Under the pieces are notes generated by a model, which was given only the letters and a program-made list of their open reading frames with translations, was not told where the DNA came from and searched no databases. A DNA stretch of 52,467 nucleotides from a virus: positions 1 to 52,467 of the IMG/VR virus record IMGVR_UViG_3300020215_000009, one strand, 5' to 3'. Below are positions 23,977-33,584 of this stretch, one piece after another. Position numbers and translations under genes: made by a program. Each line of letters begins with the position of its first letter. Within the stretch, counting starts at the first letter, position 1.

Positions 23977-24384
23977 TCAGAAGTATACGACCGTCCACGG
24001 CACGTTGCCGCCCAGGGACGCCACGATTTCCACCTCGTAGGTCCCGGTCATCTCGCCACGTTCGGGAACGAATTCCTCTCCCGGCATCGGGCTTTCCAGG
24101 ATCATGCTGAGGGCCGCGCCGGTAGGCCCGCCCGGCTGGATCGTCCAGGTCTCACCGGTCTGCGCCGCGATCACGAAGTTCTCCAGCGCCGTCATCTCCG
24201 ATTCCCATACCCGGAGCCTGAGCCTCACCTGCCGGTCCCGACGAACGAGCCAGGTCTCGCGCGCGCCGGACGTGGACTTCTCGCTACCGCCCTCACTCGG
24301 CATCGTGCGTACCCAGGGCCGCATGGGAATCGTGAGATCCCAGGTGCCGGCGGAGGAAACGATGCGGGGCGTCCAGAGCGGCAT
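23977..24384 (-). CDS. minor tail protein (135 aa)
   Basis: Last 135 codons of track ORF 23977..24900; ATG 24384 lies 2 nt after the tape-measure stop; position equivalent to lambda M. Confidence 0.55.
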   Translation of the reverse strand: MPLWTPRIVSSAGTWDLTIPMRPWVRTMPSEGGSEKSTSGARETWLVRRDRQVRLRLRVWESEMTALENFVIAAQTGETWTIQPGGPTGAALSMILESPMPGEEFVPERGEMTGTYEVEIVASLGGNVPWTVVYF

Positions 24385-24386
24385 GG

Positions 24387-26372
24387 TTAACGGGTCCGCG
24401 AGTGATAGGTCACACCTGCGTTCTGCCCATAGCGCTGTCGGGCCCTCTCCAGCGCGCTGCGGGTTAGCTCTTGGTGGCGCGGGTTGCTCGGGTCCACTCC
24501 GTCCACGTAAATGTGGATTTCGCTGCGCCCGCGCTCCGCACTCTCGGTCGTGCGCTCGCCCGCCCGGCTCTGCCCGACGTTGCCGCCGCCTCCCCCACCT
24601 CCCAACGCACCACCTGCCGCGCCTGCGAGCGCTCCGAAGGCTCCCCATTTTCCGGCGGCCACGAGGTGTCCCACTCCGGCCCGCCGCGCCGCCGACGCCC
24701 CTACCGGGTCCAGGATCGCGATGCGCCCGAAGCTCATGGCGAACATCTCGAACGCTCTGGCGATGTTCTCCGCCACCTTCGTGCGGGCCAGGTCCGCTAC
24801 GCCCGCAATGGCGGCCTGCGCCATGCCCCTGAACACGCCGCCGATGAACTGGTTGAGCGTGGCGCCCTCGAAGATCAACTGCGCAAAGGCATCGGACCAA
24901 ACGGCCATGATGTTCTGCGCGGCGCCCTGCGCGGCGTTTTCGATTTCTGCATAGGAGTTGCGCCAGGTGTCCGCGACGTGCTGGGCGTATGCCTGCTGTT
25001 TTTCCGCTGTAGCTAGGAGCGCGTCCGCGCGCGCGCCGCCTCTAATCGCACCCTCAGGAACAGTCCCCGGCGTCACCTGCGCACGGCTTCGTTGGCGCTC
25101 CAGTTCCTCCATGTAGATGAGGTGGGCGGTTGCCGCCTCTCGCTCGCGCTGGATACGTGCGGCCCGCTGGGTAGCGGTTTCCTCGCGGCTGTGGTCCCCG
25201 CCTGTTTCTCCTCCGGTTGGCCGAGCCGTACGGCGGGGAGTTTCTTGAAGACGGTTAATTCTGGCGACAATTGCGGCGATTAACTCATTGATGCCATGGG
25301 CCAATTCGCTGGCGTTGGGCAGGGCTGCCAGTTCGGCGCGGCGGCGGGTCAGTTCCGCTTGAAGCTGCGGAACAGTGGTCATGCGCTCTACAGAACGTAA
25401 CGCTTCCCTGCGTCCCAAATGGCGTTGCTGAACAGTCCGTTCCGCCCTGCGGACATCGCCGGGGTCCATGTTCAGCAACCGCCAGACATCTCCCCACGAG
25501 TCGCCACTGATATTCAGTTCACGAATCACCGCTCCTGCATCCATCCATGTGTCGATCCAGGCACCCATCCGGTCAATCAGGCGATCCAAACCGTCGGCTG
25601 CATGCATAGAATCGTCATAGATGCCGTTCAAGAACTGGCTAACGCCTGGTGAGGTGGCGATGGCCTCGCCAATTCCCTCTCTCAGGTCGTTCCAAAAATT
25701 AGTGAGTTGCTTGACCTTGCCGGCGCTGGTCTCCAGTTCATTTTCTGCGGCGCCCCGGAAGCGCTCGCGCAGCACTTCTATCGCATCGCTGTTTTCGTCT
25801 ACGGTGATGCCATGCCGCTTTAGAATCGTGGTATTGCCCGTCATCACCTTCCCGACCAGCATGGCGGCCGTGTTCAGGTCCAGTTGCTTACGAGCCGACA
25901 GGTCCGCCACCAACTGCACATTCCTGAGCGATGCCGAATAGTCACCGGACAGGTCAATCAGGATCTTGAGTACATTTGCGAACTCTTCATCCCCAATCGT
26001 TGTGCGGCGGCGCATGGAGTCGGCCGCGCGCTCGATTTCGACTCGCGCTTTGGCGAAGTTTGTCCCCGTGCTCTCGACCGTCTGCCCCAACCGGTTCCAT
26101 ATGGCTTCCGCCTGGCTGAACTCGCGCAGGCTTCCGGCGACGAAGTCACGGATGCGCCCCAGCGCGAAGACGCCCGCCAGCACGCCGCCCAGCCGCCTCG
26201 CGCCCGCCGCCAGCCGGTCGAAGCCGCCGTCTACCTCGCGAAGGTTGCGGTTCGCGCGACGCGGGTCCGTGGCCCGGTCCAGCGAGCGCTGCGCCTCGGC
26301 TTCCGCCCGGTTCGCGGAGGCGCGGTCCAGCAGAATTGAGATGTAGCGCCGAATGCCGCGCGGCTCAGCCAT
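24387..26372 (-). CDS. tail tape measure protein (661 aa)
   Basis: Long helical protein directly after the frameshifted chaperones; VADLSARKQLDLNTAAMLVGKVMTGNTTILKRHGI core; Gly-rich C-terminal segment. Confidence 0.8.
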   Translation of the reverse strand: MAEPRGIRRYISILLDRASANRAEAEAQRSLDRATDPRRANRNLREVDGGFDRLAAGARRLGGVLAGVFALGRIRDFVAGSLREFSQAEAIWNRLGQTVESTGTNFAKARVEIERAADSMRRRTTIGDEEFANVLKILIDLSGDYSASLRNVQLVADLSARKQLDLNTAAMLVGKVMTGNTTILKRHGITVDENSDAIEVLRERFRGAAENELETSAGKVKQLTNFWNDLREGIGEAIATSPGVSQFLNGIYDDSMHAADGLDRLIDRMGAWIDTWMDAGAVIRELNISGDSWGDVWRLLNMDPGDVRRAERTVQQRHLGRREALRSVERMTTVPQLQAELTRRRAELAALPNASELAHGINELIAAIVARINRLQETPRRTARPTGGETGGDHSREETATQRAARIQREREAATAHLIYMEELERQRSRAQVTPGTVPEGAIRGGARADALLATAEKQQAYAQHVADTWRNSYAEIENAAQGAAQNIMAVWSDAFAQLIFEGATLNQFIGGVFRGMAQAAIAGVADLARTKVAENIARAFEMFAMSFGRIAILDPVGASAARRAGVGHLVAAGKWGAFGALAGAAGGALGGGGGGGNVGQSRAGERTTESAERGRSEIHIYVDGVDPSNPRHQELTRSALERARQRYGQNAGVTYHSRTR

Positions 26373-26375
26373 AAC

Positions 26376-27076
26376 TCACTCCGGGTATGCGATCATGCGG
26401 GTCTCGCGGCAGAATTGCCGGAAGTCCTCCGGCCTGCTCTGGGCGACGGCGCTCGCCTGCGCCAGCCGCAACGACTCGCGGGCCGACGCCCTGCGCAGGT
26501 GCGTCAGCCCGTACACGTAGTGCTTCCATGAACAGGGTAGCGTGCGGTCCCGGCGCCAGAACGCCCACCAGGGAACAAGCCAGTGCGGATAGGCGAGGGC
26601 GAACTCGCACAGGCAATCCGCCAAGTCTACCGGGCGGGGCTTCTCCCCCGGATCGGCGGGAAGTCGACTTCCGAGCGAAAGCGGTACGTATAAAAAACCG
26701 CGAGGAGATGACCCACCTCCACCTCGGAAGCATTGCGGAAGGGATTCGGCGTCCAGCGCCTCCACCAAGGCCGCGCACAGCGGTCGAACACCTGAACGGC
26801 ATCCCGGTAGAACGCCAGGAGCTCGCGCTGCGAGGTGTCAGGGTCCCTCTCTAGGAGTTCCAGCCGCCGCTTCAGCCGCTCAAGTTCCTGTGCGTTCAGG
26901 AACGACGTGGGAGGCGGGCGGTAACGCCTGCCGCGATATTTGAACTCGCCGCGCTCGTTCAGTTGCAGAACAGCATCGTCGTTCAGCACTTCGGGGACGC
27001 GGTTCGCCGCCTGCCGCTCCGCACGCTGCTGTTCCTGTACGGCGAGGAACTGTTCGGGAGGAATCAACTGGATCAC
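26376..27076 (-). CDS. tail assembly chaperone, -1 frameshift fusion product (gpGT-like)
   Basis: ORF 26376..26768 is in the -1 frame, overlaps the 0-frame ORF by 142 nt, lacks its own RBS and keeps high third-position G/C past the 0-frame stop. The run GGTTTTTTA (A6 at 26692-26697 on the + strand) lies in the overlap. Confidence 0.6.
26627..27076 (-). CDS. tail assembly chaperone, 0-frame product (gpG-like, 149 aa)
   Basis: Located between the major tail and tape measure genes; overlapped by a -1 frame ORF. Confidence 0.7.
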   Translation of the reverse strand: MIQLIPPEQFLAVQEQQRAERQAANRVPEVLNDDAVLQLNERGEFKYRGRRYRPPPTSFLNAQELERLKRRLELLERDPDTSQRELLAFYRDAVQVFDRCARPWWRRWTPNPFRNASEVEVGHLLAVFYTYRFRSEVDFPPIRGRSPAR

Positions 27077-27078
27077 GA

Positions 27079-27714
27079 TTACAGCCGAATCGTGGTGATG
27101 CCCTGCGCCGTGGGGTCACCAATCGTGAACATCTTGTGACCTTCTGGATTGGCGGCGTAGAACATCGCCTGAAACGTGACCTCCACGATGGTCCGGCCTC
27201 CGTCATCGTAGCTGAATCCCCACCCGCCGCGCTCCGGCACGGCCCTCCATAGCCATACCGCGTGAACCGGAGCCGCACCGGCCCCAGAAGCCGCAGCAGC
27301 GCCGTTGCCTTCCGCTCGGGTCCAGCCGGTAGTCGCCCCCGTGGCGTTGGTGAGGCCGCCACCGACTTCCAGGTTGGGGATCAGGAGCACGGAGGTAGTG
27401 ACCACGGGCTGCGGAACGCTCCACCCACCACCACGGGTGCCGGTGGGGCTGATCTTGGCGTACAGCGCAGTGTCGCCAAGGATGATCGGCACCGTCACGC
27501 GCGCGCTCAGGCCCATGACCGTGCGCTGATGCACGGCGGGGCCGGTCTGCTCCGCCGTAAGGTCGCTCACATCTTCGGTGATCTCGACACGGACTTCTCC
27601 GTGCTTGGCGCCCAGCGGGGCGAGCCCGTCCGCAACGAACGGCGTGCCCACGTACACGTGCCCGCTACCTATTGACTGAAGCGCGGCCGTCAGGGCCGGA
27701 GTAGTTACGGCCAT
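27079..27714 (-). CDS. major tail (tube) protein (211 aa)
   Basis: Position immediately upstream of the chaperones; beta-rich Gly/Thr/Val composition. Confidence 0.65.
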   Translation of the reverse strand: MAVTTPALTAALQSIGSGHVYVGTPFVADGLAPLGAKHGEVRVEITEDVSDLTAEQTGPAVHQRTVMGLSARVTVPIILGDTALYAKISPTGTRGGGWSVPQPVVTTSVLLIPNLEVGGGLTNATGATTGWTRAEGNGAAAASGAGAAPVHAVWLWRAVPERGGWGFSYDDGGRTIVEVTFQAMFYAANPEGHKMFTIGDPTAQGITTIRL

Positions 27715-27717
27715 GGG

Positions 27718-27909
27718 TCAGGCGCCTTTCTCGGAGGCGGTAGATGAAATCTTCGCGGGGGCCCTGTCGTCCGATTCCTGGATCACGCCCGCTTTGATGA
27801 GCTCATCCCTCACTTCTCGCGGTAACGCCTTCACCTCATCCGCGTTTTCTCTCGTGTAGTACTGGTCTCCGTGGTTGAAGCCGGAGAGCACCGTGTATCT
27901 GAGCGCCAT
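27718..27909 (-). CDS. hypothetical protein (63 aa)
   Basis: Track ORF; tightly packed in the tail module. Confidence 0.55.
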   Translation of the reverse strand: MALRYTVLSGFNHGDQYYTRENADEVKALPREVRDELIKAGVIQESDDRAPAKISSTASEKGA

Positions 27910-27911
27910 GG

Positions 27912-28313
27912 TCAGACCGTCCAGGGTTGGCGTGTCGGCTCAATCGTGAATTCGATCACCCGGTGCACGACGTGCGGATCGGGATCGGGCACGCTGCGGG
28001 CGTCCTCGTAGCGCCACAGCATCAGGAGCCCATCCTGTTCTTCCGCTATCGGCCGGTCCAGCAACGCGCGCTGGCGTGCTTCCAGAGCGGCTGCCGCAGT
28101 GCCGCCGTAAGCCCAGTTGTGCAGCCGTAAGGACACCGGTTCCGTGTTCTCCAACTGCGGACTACTCAGCACTTCATACTCGACGCTCGGGACCAGCGGC
28201 GCGTCGTTGGCACCCAAGAGGAACACCCGCCCTACTCCTCCATTCGCCGCCACGAACTGCGCATCCGCGTTCAGGCGGGCGATCACCCGCGTCACCACGT
28301 CGTGCCACCTCAC
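27912..28313 (-). CDS. tail completion/terminator-like protein (133 aa)
   Basis: Gene order (after the gp10-like gene, before the tube gene) and size. Confidence 0.5.
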   Translation of the reverse strand: MRWHDVVTRVIARLNADAQFVAANGGVGRVFLLGANDAPLVPSVEYEVLSSPQLENTEPVSLRLHNWAYGGTAAAALEARQRALLDRPIAEEQDGLLMLWRYEDARSVPDPDPHVVHRVIEFTIEPTRQPWTV

Positions 28314-28786
28314 ACGGGAAGTCCTCGCACGAATCGGCCGCGTGCCCCTCGGAACCTGCCCGCTCGCGGCTCGTACCGCTCAAATGCCTGGTCCGTCGCC
28401 TCTTCAGCCGCGCGCTGCGCTTCTTCGATGTGCGGACGCGGCAGCATTTGCGAAGTACCTAGCTCGAACCAGACCGCGCGTGGATCGTCTGTGCCGGCCT
28501 CACCGGACACTTCGTCCCCCCGCACCTGCAAGGGATACTTCCGGAACGAGCGGCGGTACGTACCCAGGTCTTCAGCCGGCGGGTCTCCCGGCGCGCTCGC
28601 CTGGTGCACCCTGCCGCCGCGCCTGTAGATCCTGCCCCGCCCCGGCTGGCTGAGCAACTCGTCTATCTTCCGCAGGAAGGCGTCCTGCCCTGCGCGCACG
28701 GCTTCCACGCAGCCCGGCCGGTACTCGAACAGCACTTCGCCGCCCAGGCCCCGGAAATCGTCGCCGGTCACGCGCACGCGCATCAT
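28310..28786 (-). CDS. HK97 gp10-family head-tail joining protein (158 aa)
   Basis: RVHQASAPGDPPAEDLGTYRRS matches the gp10-family signature; ATGA overlaps. Confidence 0.6.
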   Translation of the reverse strand: MMRVRVTGDDFRGLGGEVLFEYRPGCVEAVRAGQDAFLRKIDELLSQPGRGRIYRRGGRVHQASAPGDPPAEDLGTYRRSFRKYPLQVRGDEVSGEAGTDDPRAVWFELGTSQMLPRPHIEEAQRAAEEATDQAFERYEPRAGRFRGARGRFVRGLPV

Positions 28787-29202
28787 GGCAGCACCTCTCC
28801 CGGCTCCATGTCAATCTGATCGCAGCCAACCACGCGCCCCACCTCGAAGTCGTGCGGCCCGGCGATTCCGGTCACGCTCAACACCTTGCGCCAGGTCTCG
28901 TTGGTGAGTGGATTGGTCCCGTCCACAATGGCCCGCATGTCCATCTGAACATCCGTGTCGAGCGGCACCAGGAGCCGCCAGTCACCGTGCTCCCATAACT
29001 GCGCGCTCCGAAGCCTTTCCTCGCGCCTGCCCGGAGCCGGAAAGCACCCGCACGGCGTGGTGATTGCCGTCGTCCAGACCTTCGCTACCGTCCCCGCTGG
29101 TGTCGTTGTCCGTGCCGCCGTCTGGAAGCGTACCGTGCTCTCCATCACGCTTTCAGCGAGGTAGCGCAGGTCCGCCAGCGTGGCTACGTCGATTAGCGAC
29201 AT
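28783..29202 (-). CDS. head-tail adaptor / head closure protein (139 aa)
   Basis: Gene order and size. Confidence 0.5.
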   Translation of the reverse strand: MSLIDVATLADLRYLAESVMESTVRFQTAARTTTPAGTVAKVWTTAITTPCGCFPAPGRREERLRSAQLWEHGDWRLLVPLDTDVQMDMRAIVDGTNPLTNETWRKVLSVTGIAGPHDFEVGRVVGCDQIDMEPGEVLP

Positions 29203-29616
29203 TCAGAACGACACCGTGAAGGGAACCGCTCTCGTAACCAAAGGCAGATGAACGGGTGTGCTGGCTTCTGTTGCTCCGATGATCGCGAGCGCGGCTTCCC
29301 GAGCGTCTGCCCAGCGGTCTCGTTCTCCTTCCAGCATCTTGAGTTGGCCTGAAGGATAGGAGACCGAGATTCCCGCGGCGCTCAGGCCCACGCTGGACGG
29401 CTTGAAAGCCATGCGCTTCACCAGCGCGTCGTACCCCCGCCAGTAGCCGTGCGCCCGTGCGACCGTGTCTTCCTGTTCCGCCGTTGCGTCCTCTGGCGCC
29501 AGTGCGTAGCCCTCCCCGATCCAGAGCGCGAGCAGTTCAGCCAGGTCCTCGCCGGGAAACCACTCCGGGCGCAACTCCCCGGTTGGATAGGTCAGGTCTG
29601 CGGGTGCGACGGGCAC
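29203..29616 (-). CDS. head-tail connector protein (137 aa)
   Basis: Gene order and size. Confidence 0.45.
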   Translation of the reverse strand: MPVAPADLTYPTGELRPEWFPGEDLAELLALWIGEGYALAPEDATAEQEDTVARAHGYWRGYDALVKRMAFKPSSVGLSAAGISVSYPSGQLKMLEGERDRWADAREAALAIIGATEASTPVHLPLVTRAVPFTVSF

Positions 29617-29619
29617 GGA

Positions 29620-29931
29620 TCAGCCCTCTTTTTCGCTCGCGATCCGCTGCACGTCCGCCTTCGTGTAGCCGCCGGACGATCCCGACGCGCCCTGCCCCTC
29701 GAAGTCGGATGCGGAAAGGCCACTCTCGCGAGCCAACTGCTCCGCCTCGGGGCTGGCGAACTCGACTCCGGCGAGCGTGTCTTCACCGGCCGCCTGGCTA
29801 TCGCTGGAACCGGCACCCTTCTTCGCCTGGAGTTCACGGGCAACGGATTCGGGCACCTCGCGGTCCTTGCCGGGTCGGTACAGCGTGCCGTTCTCATCCC
29901 AAAACGGCGTCTTCAGGTCAACGGTAGGCAT
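29620..29931 (-). CDS. hypothetical head-module protein (103 aa)
   Basis: Track ORF directly downstream of the capsid gene. Confidence 0.55.
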   Translation of the reverse strand: MPTVDLKTPFWDENGTLYRPGKDREVPESVARELQAKKGAGSSDSQAAGEDTLAGVEFASPEAEQLARESGLSASDFEGQGASGSSGGYTKADVQRIASEKEG

Positions 29932-29937
29932 CTGCGC

Positions 29938-31065
29938 TTACCCGATGGTGGTGGAGGTGAGAAACACCTTGTCCGGATTCTCGATCACCGGGAGGAACCG
30001 CCCACGCGCCCGGCCTTCCAGGTGCTGCGGCATGTCGTCGGGAACGCGCACGTCCGTCCAGATGCCCGTGCGCCCGTTGTTTTCGACTGTGGGGCCGATA
30101 TGGCTGTACCCGATGGCGCGGTCGTTCTCCGGGTCCTCCGTAGCGCCCTCTCCCACGATGAACTCACCCGACCGGTCATTCGAGGCGAAGAAACCAAGCA
30201 CGCCGTCCGGAACCATCTTCACTTTCTTGGTGGTCCCCGGCGCGTCGAGATCCCAGATTTCACCCTCCTTGTCGTACACGACGAACTGCGCTCTCTCGCG
30301 GGCGTCGTTGCTCGGAGGCCGCAGGCCGTCGTCCGCTCCCACATACCGGACGATGCTCACCATGTTGTCCTCATCCGCCAGAACCGTCACCTTGTTCACC
30401 GGATTGTAGATGATCGCGTCCACGGTCTCGCGCGTGGCGATGGCTCCCCGGAAGGCCGCTCCATGCTTGCGCCGAGCCGCCTTCCAGTCGTCCCAGAACA
30501 CCGACGCGGAGCCGTCGTAAGCTGCTGCCCCGGTGCGGGTAGGCAGGATGTTGGCGGACGGGACGCCGTAGTCGACCTGAAGGTCAACCCCGATGAATTG
30601 CCAGTTGATGCTTGTGAGGAACAGCACTTGCGCCCGCATCCACTCCCGGCGGTCGTAATGCGGCTGAAGGAGCATCTTCGCCACGAAGTTCAGGACCGCG
30701 TTCACCGCGATATCGCGCGTGTTGCCTCCCGCGATCACCGCCGCCGCGGCGAGTTGCTGAATTTCGATAATGGTCTGTTCCTGGAGCCGGCTACTGATCG
30801 CGATCTTGGCGATGTTCTCCATGAACCGCGACACGTCCATGGCCCCGCCTTCCGGGTCCTTGGAATCGAGACCCACCACGCCGGCCATGGTGCTGCGCAC
30901 GCGCATGGACCCACCACGCGCGACGTAGGAGTTCACGTCGCGTTCGGGAAGAATCGCCGTCAGGTAATAGTTGGCTGGCGTCCGCGCGGCGTTCGACAGG
31001 CGGTTGATCCCTTCCACCCCGCCTATCCGCTCGTCCAGGAGCGCGGCCCTGAAGTCAAGAAGCAT
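29938..31065 (-). CDS. major capsid protein (375 aa), probably lambda gpE-like / HK97 fold
   Basis: Size and position after the scaffold and decoration-like genes; composition typical of capsid proteins. Confidence 0.75.
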   Translation of the reverse strand: MLLDFRAALLDERIGGVEGINRLSNAARTPANYYLTAILPERDVNSYVARGGSMRVRSTMAGVVGLDSKDPEGGAMDVSRFMENIAKIAISSRLQEQTIIEIQQLAAAAVIAGGNTRDIAVNAVLNFVAKMLLQPHYDRREWMRAQVLFLTSINWQFIGVDLQVDYGVPSANILPTRTGAAAYDGSASVFWDDWKAARRKHGAAFRGAIATRETVDAIIYNPVNKVTVLADEDNMVSIVRYVGADDGLRPPSNDARERAQFVVYDKEGEIWDLDAPGTTKKVKMVPDGVLGFFASNDRSGEFIVGEGATEDPENDRAIGYSHIGPTVENNGRTGIWTDVRVPDDMPQHLEGRARGRFLPVIENPDKVFLTSTTIG

Positions 31066-31078
31066 CGTCTATTTCTCC

Positions 31079-31726
31079 TCAGGCGGTCGAATCGCGGTAC
31101 TGAAGGAACGTGAAGTAGCAGCCGGCGGCGGCCAGTTCCGTCTTTTCGGCGGCGGGGATGACCTTCGGCGTGCCGGTGGAGCCGGGCATCAAGTTGTCGT
31201 ACAGGGCTCCGCCCAGGAACACCCCGTATGCCTCGCGGGTGCCGTACTCGCCGTCCTCGCGGGCGTTGGTAGCCAGAACCATGGCGGCCGGGTTGGTGCC
31301 CGCCACTCGCGGATAGATCCGTCCGTTCGTGCCGCCCGTGCCCATGCGCGTGCCGGCCGGGATAAACTTCCCGCCGGTGCCTGCGATGGTCGCGGTATCG
31401 CCCTCCTCCACCGCTGCGTCCAGCGCGTCGACCGTCAGAGAGATGGCGCCTGCCGCCGCATTGGCGCTCACGCGAGCGTATTCCCCGGTGCCGGTGAAGT
31501 CCAGGAGCGTGCCGGCAGGTACTGCGTACGTAAGCGCGACAACGGGGATCGTGGTGTCGCCTGCCGCCGCGCCGCCGGTCCCCACTGTCACTACCTGACC
31601 GGGACTGGTGCGGTACGTCTCCGGCACCGCCGCCCAGTCGATTGTATGGCCGGTGTCACGGATGATGCTTTCCCAGTCCGCCACGAATGGCGGGCGGCTG
31701 ATCTCGGTGCGGGTCACAGTTGCCAT
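31079..31726 (-). CDS. putative head decoration protein (215 aa)
   Basis: Lies between the scaffold and major capsid genes, as lambda D does; Gly/Ala/Thr-rich beta protein. Confidence 0.45.
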   Translation of the reverse strand: MATVTRTEISRPPFVADWESIIRDTGHTIDWAAVPETYRTSPGQVVTVGTGGAAAGDTTIPVVALTYAVPAGTLLDFTGTGEYARVSANAAAGAISLTVDALDAAVEEGDTATIAGTGGKFIPAGTRMGTGGTNGRIYPRVAGTNPAAMVLATNAREDGEYGTREAYGVFLGGALYDNLMPGSTGTPKVIPAAEKTELAAAGCYFTFLQYRDSTA

Positions 31727-31751
31727 GGTTTCTGATGCTCCGGATTGCTTG

Positions 31752-32468
31752 TTATCCAGCCTTCGCCGGGCGGAGCGGATTGGCGCCCTTTGCGGCGGCT
31801 TGATTCGAGGCGATTAGGCTGTCGATTCCAGCACCCGTCGCCTTGCCGTTCCCACCGCCCTGCCCGCGCTGCTCCGGTACGTACAGACCGCCTCCGGCAG
31901 AACTCCCGTTCGCCTGCGCCGTGAACATCGCAGCGGGTAGTTCCTCCCCCTTCGCCCACTCCGAGAGCCGGATCTGCCTGCCGTCTTTCGTCACGTACCC
32001 GACCGGCTTGGTCTCCTTCTTCCCGTTCGATTCGACCTGTTCTTCTTTCAGCTCAAACGGGGTCTCATCTCCCAGCAACCGATGCAGGATTTCGGCGCTT
32101 TCAGGGGCCCACCCCTCTGTCGGAGCGGCCTTCCGGATTGCTTCCTTGCGCTCGCGCGACGTTTTTTCCCTTTTCAGCGTGTCCCGCTCCTTCACCGCGT
32201 CGTCTACCTGCTTGAGCGTCAGACCCGCACCCGCCACTGCCTTGTACGCGGCCGCTTCGTCGCCAGTCAGGATCACCGCATCGTCGGACGGAACCTTGGC
32301 TTTGAGCGCGTCCAACTCCTCTCCCTTTGCCTTCAGTTCCTTACGGCGCTCTGCCGCCTCTTCCTTTACCCTTTCCAGATCGCGCTTCTGCTTCTCCAGT
32401 TCTTCGGGCGTGCCGAGCGCCGAATAGCGCCCGTACTCGCGCAGTTGCGCGTCCGTGATCTCAGGCAT
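31752..32468 (-). CDS. scaffolding protein (238 aa; alternative ATG at 32525)
   Basis: Track ORF 31752..32618 trimmed to MPEITDAQL; highly charged coiled-coil KELKAKGEELDALKAK; position before the capsid gene. Confidence 0.65.
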   Translation of the reverse strand: MPEITDAQLREYGRYSALGTPEELEKQKRDLERVKEEAAERRKELKAKGEELDALKAKVPSDDAVILTGDEAAAYKAVAGAGLTLKQVDDAVKERDTLKREKTSRERKEAIRKAAPTEGWAPESAEILHRLLGDETPFELKEEQVESNGKKETKPVGYVTKDGRQIRLSEWAKGEELPAAMFTAQANGSSAGGGLYVPEQRGQGGGNGKATGAGIDSLIASNQAAAKGANPLRPAKAG

Positions 32469-32601
32469 TGTTTTGGAAGTCTCTGCTGGTGAGGCCCGCG
32501 CCGTGGCGGGGTGCGCGGCGTCCATGCGCCGCTCGGTTAACTGGCGGGTGTCCGGACCGTGCCGGACGGCTGGTGCTGGAGAACTGGCAGGTTGCCTGAA
32601 A

Positions 32602-32643
32602 CGCGAAAAGGCCCGCACCTCGTGTCTTCCGAGGCGTGGGGCC
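32602..32643 (-). terminator. Rho-independent terminator on the minus strand between the tRNA trailer and the scaffold gene
   Basis: Imperfect 13-14-bp GC stem (32610-32622 / 32630-32643) followed on the minus strand by TTTTCGCGTTT. Confidence 0.55.
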
Positions 32644-32759
32644 TTCTGCGTGTGGGCCGCTCCCTGCGTGTCTCCTCAAACCAGACTCAGGCGCCGCAGG
32701 TGCGCTTTTCGGGAGCTACCCTAGAGTCCAGACGATAAGTTGGGGTATCGGGGCCATGG

Positions 32760-32819
32760 CTATCCCGAATCTTATAGGCGTTCCACGGGTTAGACGGGGC
32801 CACACTATCCCGCCCTTAT
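32760..32819. repeat. Two direct copies of CTATCCCG-N3-CTTAT (32760-32775 and 32805-32819)
   Basis: Read from the sequence; shares the TATCCC..CTTA core with the operator-like repeat at 39991/40038. Confidence 0.6.
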
Positions 32820-33001
32820 GGGCTTTCCCCGTGAATCCCCCTCTTTTTCCATCAAACCGGCGGACGGTGGAGTGATACCGCCTAACACCGGGTGTTTTAC
32901 CCACTGCCAGATTCGGTCGGCAGTATCGGGAAGCGAGCCCGGAGGTTTGCGGATTCTGTCGGCGGCTCCGTCTGCCGCCCTAGTCTCCTCCGCCCACTGA
33001 G

Positions 33002-33077
33002 AGCGCCCGGCAGGATTTGAACCTGCACTCTCGCGCTTACAAGGCGCGGGCATCTTCCAAGTTGATGCTACGGACGC
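33002..33077 (-). tRNA. tRNA-Thr(UGU): tRNA-Thr (anticodon UGU), 76 nt, CCA not encoded
   Basis: Hand-folded cloverleaf. Acceptor GCGTCCG/CGGGCGC (one G-U). D stem GCAT/ATGC with a GG loop. Anticodon stem CGCGC/GCGCG with loop CTTGTAA. T arm GCAGG-TTCAAAT-CCTGC. Confidence 0.9.
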
Positions 33078-33126
33078 AACGTTTACACTTGTATACGATA
33101 GTCGCTGTCCGTTCCGTCGTCAAGGA

Positions 33127-33318
33127 TCATGCCGGCAGTACAGGCGCAAGGATCATGGCAACCGACGCGACGGCGGTAACGAAGGCGATAACATAGAGGG
33201 CGACGAATGCGCGATGATACACATGGCCGGGCGCTTCAGCCGAGTAGTTCCGGTTGAGAAGCGCTGCGCCAAATAGGCAAATCCAGCACGTAAGCGCCAG
33301 GGCAAACGCGACCGTCAC
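33127..33318 (-). CDS. small two-TM membrane protein (63 aa)
   Basis: Track ORF; FALALTCWICLFGAALL and FVALYVIAFVTAVASVAMILAPVL. Confidence 0.55.
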   Translation of the reverse strand: MTVAFALALTCWICLFGAALLNRNYSAEAPGHVYHRAFVALYVIAFVTAVASVAMILAPVLPA

Positions 33319-33584
33319 GTCTCCACCTCGCTAGATTCGCGGTACTCACCTGTTAGCGCGGCGCGACGGAGTTTAATAGCCTGATCCGCACAAAGTCGGC
33401 TGTCAGTGAAGCGCTTGGCGGCACACTGCTCAAAAAGCCCCCGAAGGAAACCAATGCGAATAGTGGCAAGCGTCAGGAAGATTTCTCCCCACAAGTTCGC
33501 CCAATCGCTCGCCAGCCACGCTGATGCTTCAGCGAAGGTGATAGGCGTCTCGCGCCGATGATTCCTGTCCCTATAGGAGTTCAT
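33315..33584 (-). CDS. hypothetical protein (89 aa)
   Basis: Track ORF 33315..33650 trimmed to ATG 33584 (ATGA overlap). Confidence 0.45.
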   Translation of the reverse strand: MNSYRDRNHRRETPITFAEASAWLASDWANLWGEIFLTLATIRIGFLRGLFEQCAAKRFTDSRLCADQAIKLRRAALTGEYRESSEVET

